DNA from: Vicugna vicugna | Lineage: Eukaryota | Direction: 5' to 3' | Assembly: GCA_013265495.1 (NCBI GenBank) | Contig: MU057719.1 | Location: 62,001-126,000 of the forward strand | DNA: 64,000 nt | In this document: in pieces, positions 37,001-49,734 of the stretch | Layout of the letters: each line of letters opens with the position of its first letter | Numbering within the stretch: position 1 is the first letter of the stretch | Notes under the pieces: model-generated | Databases searched by the model: none | What the model was told of the DNA's origin: nothing | What the model saw: only the letters and a program-made list of their open reading frames with translations | Made by a program: the position numbers and the translations under genes

Positions 37001-38704
37001 AAAATGCAATGTATTACTTTCAGGGAGGACTTTATTTACAGAGTCTTGGATTTCATTTTTGGTGAGCATTTTTCCTGTTGGGAGACACACCTTTAATCCA
37101 AGAATGTAATCTAGGGACAGGGGCGTCCCGGTCACCTTGCCGTGCACCTAGACGGTGACGCTGCGGCATTCCCCCGAGTGACGCCTCTGTTCCTCAGCCA
37201 TCTTCACCTTTCCTCGTGCATCTTCTTTGAATTAATCTCCTCCTTCAGACTGTTTTTCGTTCATTTCGTTTGGTCTTTTGCCAACATTCTTCATGAATTT
37301 CCTACAGACTAACGTTTCAAAAGTGAACTTTTTTCTTGAGAAGCGTGCGATCCTCTGTGACGCCTTCAGACAGCCCGCGCCTCGCGTGTCTGTGCAGGAG
37401 CCAGGCACGGACTCAGCGGACACGCGGAAGCAACCCAGTCTGGTGGCCACCAACCTTGTGACTTCAGGGTCAGTGTTGGAATTAGCAACCTCAGCTGGGT
37501 ACAGTCAGCTGTGGTTTCTAAATTTGATCTTGTTCAGGGTTCCCCAAAAGAAAAAGAGCCATAGGCTGAGCATTTGGAACCAGTAGTTACAAACGAGACT
37601 GTTGGAGACTCTCTGCGTGTGTGTGTTTAGTTTTATTTATTTAAATTTTAATCAAACAGACTAAACCCACTCCCCAGGCTTAGAGTTGGCTGGGGCTACA
37701 TCCATGGGGTCACAGGCATACTAGGGGGTCACAAAATACAAGAAAATGCTTGATTTGGGAAACGGGCAGTCCAGGGCCACCGAGGGCCTGGCTCTTGTCC
37801 CATCCTCGCTCAGTCCTTTGACCTGAAGCGGAGCTGGGCTGTGGCCCCCCCGCATCAACCCCAGGCCAAGGGTCCTGCAACCCAGCCCCCAGATATCTGG
37901 GGGTGAACACAGGAGTCTATCTCTGGTGCCAGGAAACACGACTCAGGCACCACGTGGCTCCCCAGACCACAGCCACGGCCTGTGGGAGCTGTCAGGGCTG
38001 GCCCTGCCACCCTCCGGCCGGATCCTTCGTGAACACGGAAGGACACTGAGCCCCAGAAGAGGGCTCCGGCTGAGGTCGCACGATGATCTCCAGCACAGCT
38101 GGGCCACCGTGCAGAGCCCCGGCTCCCAGCCCAGAGCTCTTCCTCTGCACCAGAGACGTTTGACTCAGGGGCGGCTGAGGGCTGTGGGACGCAGCACAGC
38201 CAGGGCCCAGCTGGACCCAATTGGGGCGGAAGCTGCCTGGAGCGGCCCTGCCCAGAAGGGAGACAGACGGTGGCTGGAAACAGCTTTTGAAGCCACATTC
38301 CAGGCAATGGGACTCCCACAGAGACATGTCGGGGTGAGGAAAGGTGGAGGAGGGGAGTCCCTGCAAGACGTGCTAATGGAGAAAACAGAGAGGCGGCGAG
38401 GCACCCGCACCTTCCCTCACGCGCCCGTCTGGGGCCCAGCCCGGGCCAGCCCAGAGCCTCCGCGGGCCGGGGCTCCCGCAGACGCCGCGGCTCCGCCCAG
38501 GCCTCCCAGCAGCCTGGCCGAGTCGGCCGTGACCACGGAGCCCTCGGCTTTAAAAGCCACACTAGTGGCTTCTTTGGTGGTTTCAGTGGAATCCAGCAGG
38601 AGAGTCCTGAAAACCTGTTCTCGTAAAGCGTTTGATAGAGGGGCTGGGGTGGGGGTGAAACTGAAAATTACATCTACCCACCTTCCTAGTGACATGCCTG
38701 CCAC

Positions 38705-39950
38705 TTACTTTTTTTGAATGCTTCGTTGAGCTATGATTCACAGACCACATGAGTCACATTTAAAGTGTACAGTTCAATGGCTTCTAGTGTATTTACAGAC
38801 ATGTGTGAACATCGCCACAATTTTATACTATTTTCAGCACCCGAGGAAGCTCAGAGCCCGACGGCTATCCCCCCAGCCCCCAGCCCCGAGCAGCCACCAA
38901 GCGACTCTCTGTCTCTACGGACTTCCTCACCCTGCACGTTCGTGCAGATGGAGTCATGTGACACACGGACTGCTGCGCCGGCTGCTGTCGTGAAGCACGT
39001 TTTCCGGAACCCCCGGGTGGCAGCGTGTTAGTTCTTTATTCCTTTTGACGGTCAAGCGATGTTCCGTCGTCTGGGAATAGCGCACTTCACTCACACACGC
39101 GACAACTGGCGGGTCTCTGGACTGTCCCTGCAGCCCGGCTGTCGCAGGTAACGCAGAGCATTCCCAGGCAGCGTGTGTGATGACGGCGTGTCTCCTTGTC
39201 GGGCGGAACCGCTGGGCCACGCCGTAGCCCTGTCTGATTGCGTGAGGGTCGGCCACACTGTCCCACAGCGGCTGCCCGGCTCACCTGCTCTCAGAAGGAC
39301 GGGCGGGCTGGAGACGCGCCTCTTTAAGTCCACCGGGTACGGCCACATCGCTCCCAAGGCCAGCCCCGCCGTCAGGGCTGGGTCACGGCCTCACCAGGGA
39401 GCGGCACCTCCAGACGTGAACCCTGGCGACCACGGGGAACACGGTGGGAGCTCGCGGAGGCAGAGCTCCGCCCTCCCTGATTGCCGGGACCACAAGAGAG
39501 CGCCCGCGTGCCGCCGTGGGGACCCGCTGAGACGGCACCCCGCCGGGAGTCGCAGGCTTGGGCCTTACGGGGCCCCACTAGGCGGAGGCCGAGCTTCCTT
39601 CGCGGAATGAACTGACTTGCTTGCTTGTCGGTTTATCCACGCTGATCTCCGCCGCCGCGAACGTCCTGTTCACACATTTCGCGGCTTTCCCTGGTTTTGA
39701 AGGAAGAGGGCCTTTTTCTTCCTGAGACACAGACGTTACCCACGGGCTCCGGACTCCGGTCTTTACTGCACAGATGATGGAAATGGCTTGCCTTTCGCTC
39801 TGTCCATGGTATTCTTTTTTATGATCAGAGATTTTAAAATTATTAACCTTATAAATCTTTATAAACCAGAGATTTTTCATTATAAGCCTTTCTCGGTCTG
39901 TGCATCTTTTTTGCGTCTTGCTTAAGAAATCTTTCCCCACCCTGAGACCA
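38705..39950 (-). mobile_element. Old L1 (L1MA/MB-like) 3' end, antisense, partly GC-rewritten
   Basis: 'cgttgagctatgattcacagaccaca', 'tttaaagtgtacagttcaatggcttctagtgtatttacagac', 'gcagatggagtcatgtgacac', 'gtcttgcttaagaaatctttccccaccctgagacca'. Confidence 0.75.
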
Positions 39951-41809
39951 TTCAAGACAGCACCCGTCCGACTCTTGTGGGAAAGCAGACAGGCCCCCCA
40001 CATCAGGCCCCTAGCCCACCTGGGATCTATCATTTGCAAGCAACGTGACGTCAAACCCGACTTTATGTCTTCTCTTCCCCGATAAGTTATCTCAGCCCCG
40101 TCTGCTGGCCATGCCCCCCGGGATAGCTCATCCCTGGGCCACCTGGCGAGGCTCCCTGTGTGAGCGGCTCGGCCTCGGGGCCCCAGCGCTGACCCATGGG
40201 CCGGCCCCTCCGCCACTACAGCAACACCCCCTTCTCTCTCTTTTTTGCTCTAACTTTATAAGACTTGGCAGTTTAAAGTGCAAATAACTCGACTGCCTTC
40301 TTCCAGCTTCTGGGGGTGCCGTGCCCCGGCCCTTACTCAGCTGTGCACATCGTGGGCTCAGCTTACCCAGTGCCACTGAAACCAACGCAGGCCTCGTTGA
40401 CATCGTACGGGCACCCCAATGAGTGGAAACAGTAGGCGACGACGCAGGGCGTCTGCAGGACGCTGAGGGCCCTCCCGTGAGGGGGGCCCTGCCTCGCTCT
40501 TTTTCTCCCCTAGGCTGTTCAGCATTTCATCCGGGGCCGCACCCGAAGTCACTGAAGCCGCTCCCTGCGGACGAGTGCTCAGCTAGAGGGGTCTGCACTG
40601 CGGACTGGCCGCAATGGGGGTTTCCACACCAGGGTCTTGGAAGACATGGGAGAGGGCCTGGCTGGGCCTGGGAAGCGGGCTTGCTGGTCATACAGCGTGC
40701 CGCTCCAGGTTCGGGAAAACGTGCCAAATTTCCTTCTGGACAGATGGTGCCGATTTACGTGGGGAGGGGCCGGACTTCGCATGTGAGCAGTGGGCGCAAG
40801 GTCATGGGGTTTGCTTCCTGCTGACCCCACCCACAGGCTGGCAAAGGTGGAGGTGTCCGGTTGTGAGTCTATAATCCTCCCCCTTGGTCCCTCTGCCCGT
40901 CTCCCTGCTGGGCCGTGAGGACAGTGGCTCCTCCGGCATGTCCCCCAGACCTGGGATAAGGGCCGGCCCCAGCCTGCGTCTGTGGCGCTCACCCGAGCTC
41001 TTCCACACGGGTAAACTCTGCGAGGGGAGGGGTGGAGGGCGGGCTCACACCGCACCCTCAGGGCTGCGGCAGCCGTGTGCCCCGCGCCTGTGCTCACAAA
41101 CACCTGGAAACGAGTCAGGCTCAGGACAGACCCAGCTGGGACCAGCGTCTCAGGCCGCATGCTCAGCCGGAATGTTCCTATTCCGATTGGTCCTCGGTGC
41201 ACCTGCTCCCAGAGGCCCCTGGGGACGCCTGGCGCCACATGGACCAGGGACCCACTTCCCCGTGAGCTGGCTTTGCAGCCGCAAGGTAACCAGGCCCCTG
41301 GGAAGCCCCCCTGTGTGGACTTCAGCAAGAATGCACAAGGTCTTGGACATCACTTCTGCCACGTTTTATCAGTCACTGTGCTCACAGGACCTGCCCAGGC
41401 TCGGGGGAGGGGATAGGAACCTCAACCCTCGACAGGGCAGTGGCATCAATGTGCAGAAGGAAGGAAGGGGTAGTGGCCACCCTGGACCCTGGTCACAGTG
41501 TCAGCGCCAGCCACCCGGAAGTCACTGGCTTGGGCTGACTCTGCACCAGGTGGAGGGCATCTGCCCTTTCAGGTGTGGACTTTCATTCCCACTTCATGGA
41601 TTGGTAAACTGAGGTTCCTGGGGGCCTTATAGCTAATGAGTAGCAGCACCAGGGTTCAAACCCTCTTCCATCTCATTCCCAAAGCTCACCCTTTCTTACA
41701 TGCCAGGATGCCTTGTGGAAAGAGGTCCCCGAGGCCTCCCTGAATTATTTGTTAAGAGATTTTTTCGAGGTCACTCAGATTGCTTCGGGTCTCCCCATAG
41801 CTTAGTTCT

Positions 41810-42370
41810 CTTTTGATTATTTTAATGCGAAATGTAAGGTACAAGAAAGCATATAAATTATCACACAGCAGATGGCTGTGTCCCCACAAGCCCGGTCGGG
41901 ACGCACGGCAGCCGACAGCCAGATGCCCGCCGCCGCCCGGGCCCCGGGGGGGCCACCGCCCTGACGTCCGCGGTAATTGCCTCTTGCTTTCCCTGCCGCG
42001 CTTCCCCGTCTAATTATGCAGCCCTAACGGTATACTTTAGTTTTGTCTGGGTTTTAATGTTATATAAATGGAATCATGCAGTAAGTGTCCTTTCATGTCT
42101 CGGCCCCCCCGCTCCCAAAATGATGCCTTGGGTGTATCTGTGTTGCTTCGTGGAGCGCAGTGTGTCCGTGTGTGGACGTGTGTGGGTTTTGTGGGTCCCC
42201 TGCTTGCTGTCCCTGGCTTGTTGTGCTGTCTGCGATTCCTCCGCGTGCACACACCACACTTCACCATTTTCCGCCGGAGGGGCATGTCTACCCACGCCTC
42301 CCCTGTGTCGTGTTCCCGCTCTGACCGGCAGAGGCTAAACGTCTCGGAGCTTTGCGTTCTCGCCAGCCCG
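41810..42370 (-). mobile_element. Old L1M 3' end, antisense, partly GC-rewritten
   Basis: 'ttttgtctgggttttaatgttatataaatggaatcatgcagtaagtgtcctttcatgtctcggccccc' is typical L1M 3' UTR antisense text. Confidence 0.7.
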
Positions 42371-43889
42371 TGATACTGGCGGGCGCTCCCCTCTTCGTCT
42401 GGCTGGCGGGACGCCGCGGTGCCTCACTGTGGTTTTGGTTTCCACAGCATCTCACAGCCGGTTTCCACGGGCGTGATGAGTAGTAAAGAGCGCTGAATAA
42501 CGGCCCCGCCGCTCGCATCCAGAAGCACACTGTTGCTCCACGGCTCCTCCCTTCTCATCCTGGTTTTACTGCTACCACTGTCATGTCCGTGACCACAGCA
42601 AGGCTGGGACGTAACAGCCCCTGTCTTCCCTGTGTGATGAGGTCACGGAGCCAGAGGACAGCTGCCATCCCCCCAGGTGCGGCTGAGCGCAACCCCAAGG
42701 TCTGGCCCCTGCCCCCCGCCTTCCACAGTCCGTGAGCTGACGGGGTGAACGCACCACACCGTCCATGACCGCGGGCGGGGACCAGAGCGCCTCCCGGGCG
42801 GTGAGCCTGGCCGGCCAGCTCCCCCGACTCTCACTTGATGGCCAGGGCCTCTGGTGAGTGAGTGGCTCTGACGAAGCAGGAGTCAGGTGCTGCCCCACGT
42901 CCACTCATTCCTCCATGCACCTTCATCACACACCGAATGTTGAGTAAGAGCGGCTGACGCCTGTGCGCCAGGCTGGTCTGGGTCGGCCTCCGCTTATTGG
43001 TGTGGTGGTGACGCTGCTGGCCAGGGAGGGGCTGCTGGCCAGGGGAGGCCCGCTGGGCCCCTCCTGCTCATGGGCTTCTGCAGACATCTCCCCACCGGAG
43101 CCTGCGTTGCGGCTGCACCTGACTGCAAGACACACGTCGGCAAGAACCTTCAGGGACCCTGAGAAAACAGGATCTGTCACTCACAGGTCCTGGGGGCCAT
43201 GGCGGCCACAGCCACACGGCAGGGTCACAGGGAGAGAGACTGTGGACTGGGGGTTCTGCGTTTTTTGGGGTCCAGGGTGCAGTGCCTAGGGCTTCCCGGG
43301 GACACTCTTTATTGGCGATTTTTAAACCTCAGAGTGGGAATTGAGGTTCAGGAAGGAAAGGCAGGGTCACTCAAGGTCGCCTGGGATCTCCTAACAGGAG
43401 AGCAGATGAGGGGGCCGCTGTGTAGCTGGGAAGGCGTCTGCTGGAGGTGGACGACTTTGAAGTGGACGCCGGGCCATCAAAAGCTGCGTGTCAGGCCCCG
43501 ACCCCACGCAGGTGCCGTCCCCAGCGCCCACACAGCGCCGGCTCGCCTTGAGGGAGGGCACAGTGACCTTCCCTCTGGACAGACAAAAACACCGGCACAG
43601 AGAGGTTAAGTGAATTACCCAAGGTCACACAGCTAACAAACCCAGGCACTCTGTCTCTACAGCCGGCAGGCAGACGCGCGGGCCTGTGCCTCTCCACGCG
43701 CCCTGGGCTCCGGGGACCTGGAGACGATCCTGGTCCTGCTCTCCTGCAGGGCACGCGCTGCCCAATTTGAAGACACGTTACAGAGCCACAGACCTGCTTA
43801 CAGAAAAAGGGCAGACACAGGGTTCTGTGGAGCAAGAGAACCCAGAGAGAGAGCCACAGACGCACACACCTGCTCTGTGGAAATGCGCT

Positions 43890-46260
43890 ACGAATTTTGG
43901 AACAGCTCTGAATTTACAGAAAAGTGCAGAGACAGTCCAAAGCGTTCCCAGAGACCGGCACCCAGGTCCCCCACCGTCAGCATGTGACGTTTCCACGGCA
44001 CGTTTGCCCAAACGAAGAGACAACATTGGAACGTCTGTAACTACGCTGGTTGGGACACTCTGACGAAGCTGCATCTTGTTCTGAGCTCACTGAGCTTCCC
44101 CTCGTGTCCTCCTTCTGTTCCAGGATCCCATCCAGGACACACAGTGCATTTAGTCATGTCTCCCCGGCTTCCTCCGGGCTGAGCCCGTTTCTCAGACGGT
44201 CCTTATTTTTGATGAACTTGGCGGCTTGGGGCGGGGGGAGGGTCCGGGCAGGTACTGTGGGGGCAGCTCCCGGACTGAGATCCGCCTCGGGTTCTTCTCA
44301 TGGCTAGACTGGGGTGGTGGGTTCCGTGGGGAGGACCCAGAGGTGAGGCGCCCTCTCACCCGGCCCCCAGGGGTGCAGGGCGTCCGCGTGACGTCAGTCT
44401 CCGCTGCCGGTGGCGCCCGGCTAAGGGCGTGCCTGCCAGGCTTGGCCCGGTGAGGCGCCCCTTCGCACGGCAGGCGCCACGTGCAGCCCTCTCAGGGCGG
44501 TGGGAGAGAGAGCAGGGCACACACGAGGGTTTGGAATCCTGCGCAGGAAAGTCGTCTCTTCTCCTGGTTTATTCCTTACTCAATCGCACGTGTGTGTCGG
44601 TGTGCAGCCGTGGGTGTGCGTGCTACCACCGGCGTTCTGCTCCAATTGCATGTCTGTTGTTACTCAAGTCATTGCAGCTTTGGCCGTTGGCACCTTGGTC
44701 AGGGTGACTCCTGTGACCCCCTTTTTTCTGAGCACACCCCGATCTTCTGTCCTTACAGGATGCTCCAGGCTCCTCATGTGTGTTTCCTGCCCCAGCCCTA
44801 GAACCAGCCATGTCCCCAAGGAGCCCTGGCTCTTTTCACTGGAGGATGGTGTTAGAAACCAGGACGCGGGCGCCAGGTGCTCAGTGCGGCTGGGCGTCAC
44901 TGCTTCTCACTCTTCCCAGCAGAAGAGCCAGGGGGTCTACGTGTGCTCTCTGAGCCGTGTGTGCAAACTTATCTGTAATTATTTCTGTGTCTGACCACCT
45001 CTGTTACGCTAACACAAGTTCATTCTTACGTCTCCGACTTTAATCCAGTGCCACGTGGTCCGCTGGAGCGCTCCCCTTTGCTTGTCTGTAACCCCCCGCC
45101 AGCAGCGAGAAGCCTAGATTGCACTGCTCACCCTGTGGCCATTTATCTGCTCCCTCCCAGGGTGCAAGGACTGCGACCTCAGAACGGCTAACCCAGACCC
45201 CCACAGGAAACAACTTTACCAACCAGCACAGCATTTGCGTACCGTTCCTTTCAGCTTTACTCTTACCATTTCTAACCAAAATACCATCTCCCACAGTTAC
45301 TGAGTTCCTTTCAGAGAGTTACATCATGTGCCTGCAACACAGTTAGAGTCTTTCGTCACAGTCACATTCCATCCCGGGATCCCCTCAGCTCTTGGTTGAT
45401 TTCTTAAAAGTTTAAGCATTAAAGTTCACTCCATGTGCTGTCAAGCTTGTGTAGGTTTTGACAAATGCATAGTGTCATGCATCCACCACCCAGTGCCAAA
45501 CAGATCGACCCCGCCAGCCCAGAAATTCCCCTGTGCCTCTCCACCCCCCACCCCCACACCCAGCCCCTGGCAACCGCTGATCTGTTTCCTATCTTTACAG
45601 TCCTGCCTTTTCCAGAACGTCATATCAATGGAATCCTGCAGTGTGCAGCCTTTCTGCTCTGGCTTCCTTCACTTAGCAGAATGCATTTAAGCCTCCCCTG
45701 CGATGCTGCAAGAATTAGCAGCCCTTTCCTTTTCATTGCTCGACAATGTGCTGCTGTCCCGAAGTCCCACAAGGTCACCGTGGTCACTTCCAGGTTTCGG
45801 CGATTCCAAATCCCGCTGCTCTGAACACTCCCCTGCAGGCTCTTCTATGAGCACGAGTTCTCGATTCACTTAGGTAGCCACGTACGTGTGCGATTCCGGC
45901 CCCCGCGTTTGGTCTCCGTTTTACTGTGGAAGAAACTGCCGACTGTCTTCCAAAGCGGCTGCGCCCTTCTGCGCTCCCACCGGCAAGAAACGAGCGCACG
46001 GCTCCACGCCTTTTCATACTCCTTGTTTGTTCAGCTCTTGCGCCCATTTTTAAATCGGGTGGTTTTCTTCCTCCCGAGTTTGAAGGATTCTGATTGCATT
46101 CAAAATACAAGTCCTTATCAGGTGTAAGATTTGCAAATATTTCCCCCCTCCCCCCGTCTGTGGCTTGTCTTTTGTCTCCAGATAGAGTTTCTTCCACTTT
46201 TTTCAACACATTTTGTGCTTTTTCCGTGAAGACCCCACACGTGCTTTGCTAAGTTGACCC
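43890..46260 (-). mobile_element. L1MC-like 3' region, antisense
   Basis: 'ttttggaacagctctgaatttacagaaaagtgc', 'ttctgttccaggatcccatccagga', 'gatgctccaggctcctcatgtgtgtttcctgccccagccctagaaccagccat', 'gcaaatatttccccc'. Confidence 0.8.
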
Positions 46261-46514
46261 TGAGTACTTCATTGTTCGCTGGTGCTAGTCAACTGATACT
46301 TGGCAATAACATAAAGGCGGTTTCACAGCTGGTGCTGGAACAGTTGTATCCACTGCAAGCAAGCAAGCAACAACAGCAAAAGACAGCCAACTCCAACCCA
46401 TACCTCTCACTAAACAAAAAAAGCAGAAAGACCCAAAGTTCCATGTAAGCCAGCTCTCCGCCAGGCCTCCGCAGCCGGGCACCCAGCCTCCGGGTGAAAG
46501 CACAGAGGCCAGGG

Positions 46515-46695
46515 CTCCGGACTTGAATCCATTCTCCACCATTTACCAGCCGTGGGACTGCAGTGAGTGGCTTCAGTGCCTCTGTGCCTCAGTTTCTCCA
46601 GCTGCAAAAGGAAGATAATAATACAGCGACCTGGTGGGCTGTCCCGAGTCCAGAGAGAACACACAGGATGCGCTAGGACAGTGTCTGCGACACGT
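46515..46695 (+). mobile_element. MIR SINE
   Basis: 'ttgaatccattctccaccatttaccagccgtg' and 'ctctgtgcctcagtttctccagctgcaaaaggaagataataata'. Confidence 0.75.
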
Positions 46696-46757
46696 TTGAC
46701 CCGAACAGCTGTTGCTACATTGTCAAGGTCACAACCACATCATCCACCTTTGCCACT

Positions 46758-46918
46758 CCTGTACCCACAGCCCCACCCCTGCACCCACAGCCCCACCCCG
46801 GGCCCTGAGACCCGCCCCTATGCCCACAGCCCCGCCCCTGTACCCACAACCCTGCCCTTGCACCCACAACACCGCCCCTGTACCCACAACCCTGCCCTTG
46901 CACCCCACAGCCCTGCCG
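46758..46918. repeat. C-rich minisatellite, about 20-bp unit in about 8 copies
   Basis: Units cctgtacccacagccccacc, cctgcacccacagccccacc, cctatgcccacagccccgcc, cctgtacccacaaccctgcc, cttgcacccacaacaccgcc and further variants. Confidence 0.9.
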
Positions 46919-48628
46919 CTGCCAGAGGCCCCCCAGGATCTCCAAGGGTCCTCCCATGTTTCTGTCCTCGGATCTCAGCAACCTGCCACCACCACTGAGG
47001 TCCCCTGGGAGGTGAGACTGGCGCTTGACCCAAAGCTGCAACCCCTTGTCCCGGTCCTACTGAAGCCATATTGGGATTTGGGGTGGGGGGCGGGGGGCAC
47101 ATCCTGTGAACACGGACTCCACCTACAGGCTGCAGTAACCCACCATCTCAGCCAGGGGGTCAAAGTTAAGAGGGCCTGCGGCTGCCCAGGGTCACACGGC
47201 TAAGACTGGTGCGAGGTCTGATGCCTTCGCTGGGGCCTTGCCTGCTGGGCTCCCGGCCCCGGCTTTATTAAAACTCCATCACCCAGAGACCGGCTCTTTG
47301 CAGGAGGACCTTGGCTGGGGTGGAGGGGGGCCAGGCTGAGAGGGGCAGAGGAGCCACGTTACAGGGGACGCTGCAAACATTTCTAACCTTTAATCTTTTC
47401 CAACATGTCCTTGCAAACCACACAGAGGCCTTGAAATCATCGCCCTCACCTGGGAGAGTTGCACAGACTGACACGTTGGGGACCTGACCGCATATGGCGG
47501 CGGGAGACTTGCCCCATGACAGCTTGGGAGCAGGCTGGCTCTGGGATCTGAAAGAGAAGAAGCCTCTGCCCTTTGCCAGGCTCAGCCCTCCCACACGCGG
47601 GCCCCGGCTTCGTCTTCCACACACATCTGCAGGCCAAGTGTCTGCTCCGGGAAGCGGGCTGGCTGGGCCGGGGCTCGCAGTCACAGTGCGTGAGGAGCGC
47701 AGCCCGGCTCCAGCTCACTTCCTGCCGATTAGAACATCCCCCCGGGGGCTCCTGAGCCCCAGTGTGCTGGCGTGAATCTGCAGAGCACAGCTCCGACAGA
47801 CACAAAATGTATAGGAGCAGCCAGGCCTGGGCCAGAGGCCCTGCAGGCACAGGGCTGACGTGGTCCCGGCAGCCCCCAGCCGGCTGCAGGCCGCGGGAGT
47901 GCTCTCCCACAGGCCGTCCAGCCACCATCAGGGAGAGGCGGCACCCCAAGTCCAGCCCCAGGGAGCCCCTGCAAGTTGGGGGAGAGTCCACCTCCGCTGT
48001 GGGCGCCTAGCCCAGTGGCACAGAGCAGGCGCCGGGGCCTTGGGCAAACCTAGATTCAAAAGTACTGGGCCCCTCGCTCGCCAAGGAGGTGGCCATCCCC
48101 CGTGGGCCTGTTTCCCCATCCATAGCACGGGGCGGTCCGGGCGGCCCGAGCTGCCGGGAGGACTCGGTGAGGAGTGAGCATCTCTGCCGATGGCCACGTT
48201 TCACGGTTCCCTGGACCCTGACCGTGTGAGGTCGCGGACCCCTTCAGGCGGGTGGACGGGCCCCCCAGAGAGCATGGCCTCTGCTGGGCTGACTCCAGTG
48301 TCTCCCAAGTTCCAGACATGGCCTGGCACACAGCAGGTGCTCCAAAAACACTCCCACTGACCACCAGTCTGCTGGCACAGACCTCCGGTTCTGACTTGAG
48401 ACTGAAGGCTCTCTGAGGGAAGAGCACTGAGCAGAAACAGCCAGCAAGACGGCAGCCGGGCGCAGGGAGAAGCCCGCCACCTACTTCTTTGGAATCAGAG
48501 CCCCCACCTGGCAGCCTCCTGGGGTCCCAGGGAAGACCCTGCCATCTCTGAGTCTCACTTTCCCGTCTGAAACCAGCGGGGTTGAGTCCATCTGCAGGCC
48601 CAGCTGGTTCTCAGCGCCTTCCTTCCAG

Positions 48629-48634
48629 GACGTG
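48629..48634 (+). other. Candidate 6-nt microexon (GACGTG)
   Basis: ccttccttccAG|GACGTG|GTAAGT: a pyrimidine tract, CAG acceptor and perfect GTAAGT donor only 6 nt apart. No transcript evidence available. Confidence 0.25.
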
Positions 48635-49704
48635 GTAAGTGATTTATCAAAGGCTTTGGAAAGCCCTCCCCACCCTGACCAGGGCTATGACTGAGAGAGG
48701 AAGTTCCCGAGATTTCAACCGTCCTCTTCGATGTCTTCCAGCCCATTTCCACCTCCGGACGCCACATTCCCGCCCCCGGCCGTCCCTTCCTCTGTGCGGT
48801 TTTAACAATGTTAGCCTAGAGAGCAGCGTGCATGTGACAGCGATCACCAAGGGACATGGCAGATTCATCCCAGAGGAGCATTGGCCCAGAGAAGGCAAGC
48901 AACCTGCCCAAGACCACACAGCATGGTGAATGGCATGCACTCAGCCCTGAGTCCTCCTCTCCACCTAAATGCACGTCCGGCGCCGTCCTGAGGGCCTGGT
49001 TTTCTTGTCCTCAGAGCATCTGAGGGCCCCCTGACTGTGCAGGAGCCCTTGCAGCTGCTAGACACCCTCCCCATGGGGGGCTCACCACCTGGGGACACCA
49101 ACCCTCCGAGCTCCTCTGGGTAACTGGAGCCCCACCCTGAGCCCCACCCCAGCCTGGGCCAGCTCCTGGGGCCTCGTGGGAGCCACCAGCCCAGCATGCG
49201 AATGAGCTCTGCCTTCACGTCTGCTCTCCAGATGCCCTGGTCCCAGGCCTCTTCTGATCCCTGCCCCAAGCACACAATTCCACAGCTTGTCCTCAGAAGA
49301 CGAAGGTCACACAGCATGTGTGCCTGCTCTCTGCTCAGCCCGTCCCAGCTGAGCCCACAGCCAGGACGGCCAGTGGATGCCACCGTGTGTGCCCTTGGGG
49401 TGGCTCCACGAGGCTGACAGGAGAACAGAGCAAGGTCGGCCTCGATTGGGCAGGAATGAGCTGGGATGGAGCCATGATGTCTGCCCTGCCACGAACGGAG
49501 ACGGGCTCACCTGTAACCTACCAGGTGACCACCTGGGCGCCTCCAGAGTCTGTCTGCTGGTTCCTGATCCATGCTCAGTCCAGGGCTCTGCCAGGGCCGT
49601 GCTCCTTGCTCACAGACAGCTCCCCAAAGCAGACCCCTGGGGTCCACATGGACAGGACCCTGTAACACCTGAACTGCTGCCACCCAACCCGCCCCCACCC
49701 CCAG

Positions 49705-49734
49705 GCCGAGGAGGAGGAGTCTGCCCCGTCTCAG
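49705..49734 (+). other. Candidate 30-nt frame-preserving exon (AEEEESAPSQ in phase 0)
   Basis: cgcccccacccccAG|GCCGAGGAGGAGGAGTCTGCCCCGTCTCAG|GTGAGA. The body is purine-rich (GAG repeats) and ESE-like. Confidence 0.25.

Noticed and set aside
10505-39025. Several partial CTCF-like motifs (about 10507, 26083, 33815 minus, 39008)
   Set aside because: Each has two or more mismatches at informative positions, and such matches are frequent by chance at this GC content.
33700-49734. Idea that the TATA promoter plus tiny acidic exons are a troponin T (TNNT) gene
   Set aside because: No ATG-TCT-GAC start exon and none of the conserved TNNT core exons (for example KVDFDDI) were found downstream in the window.
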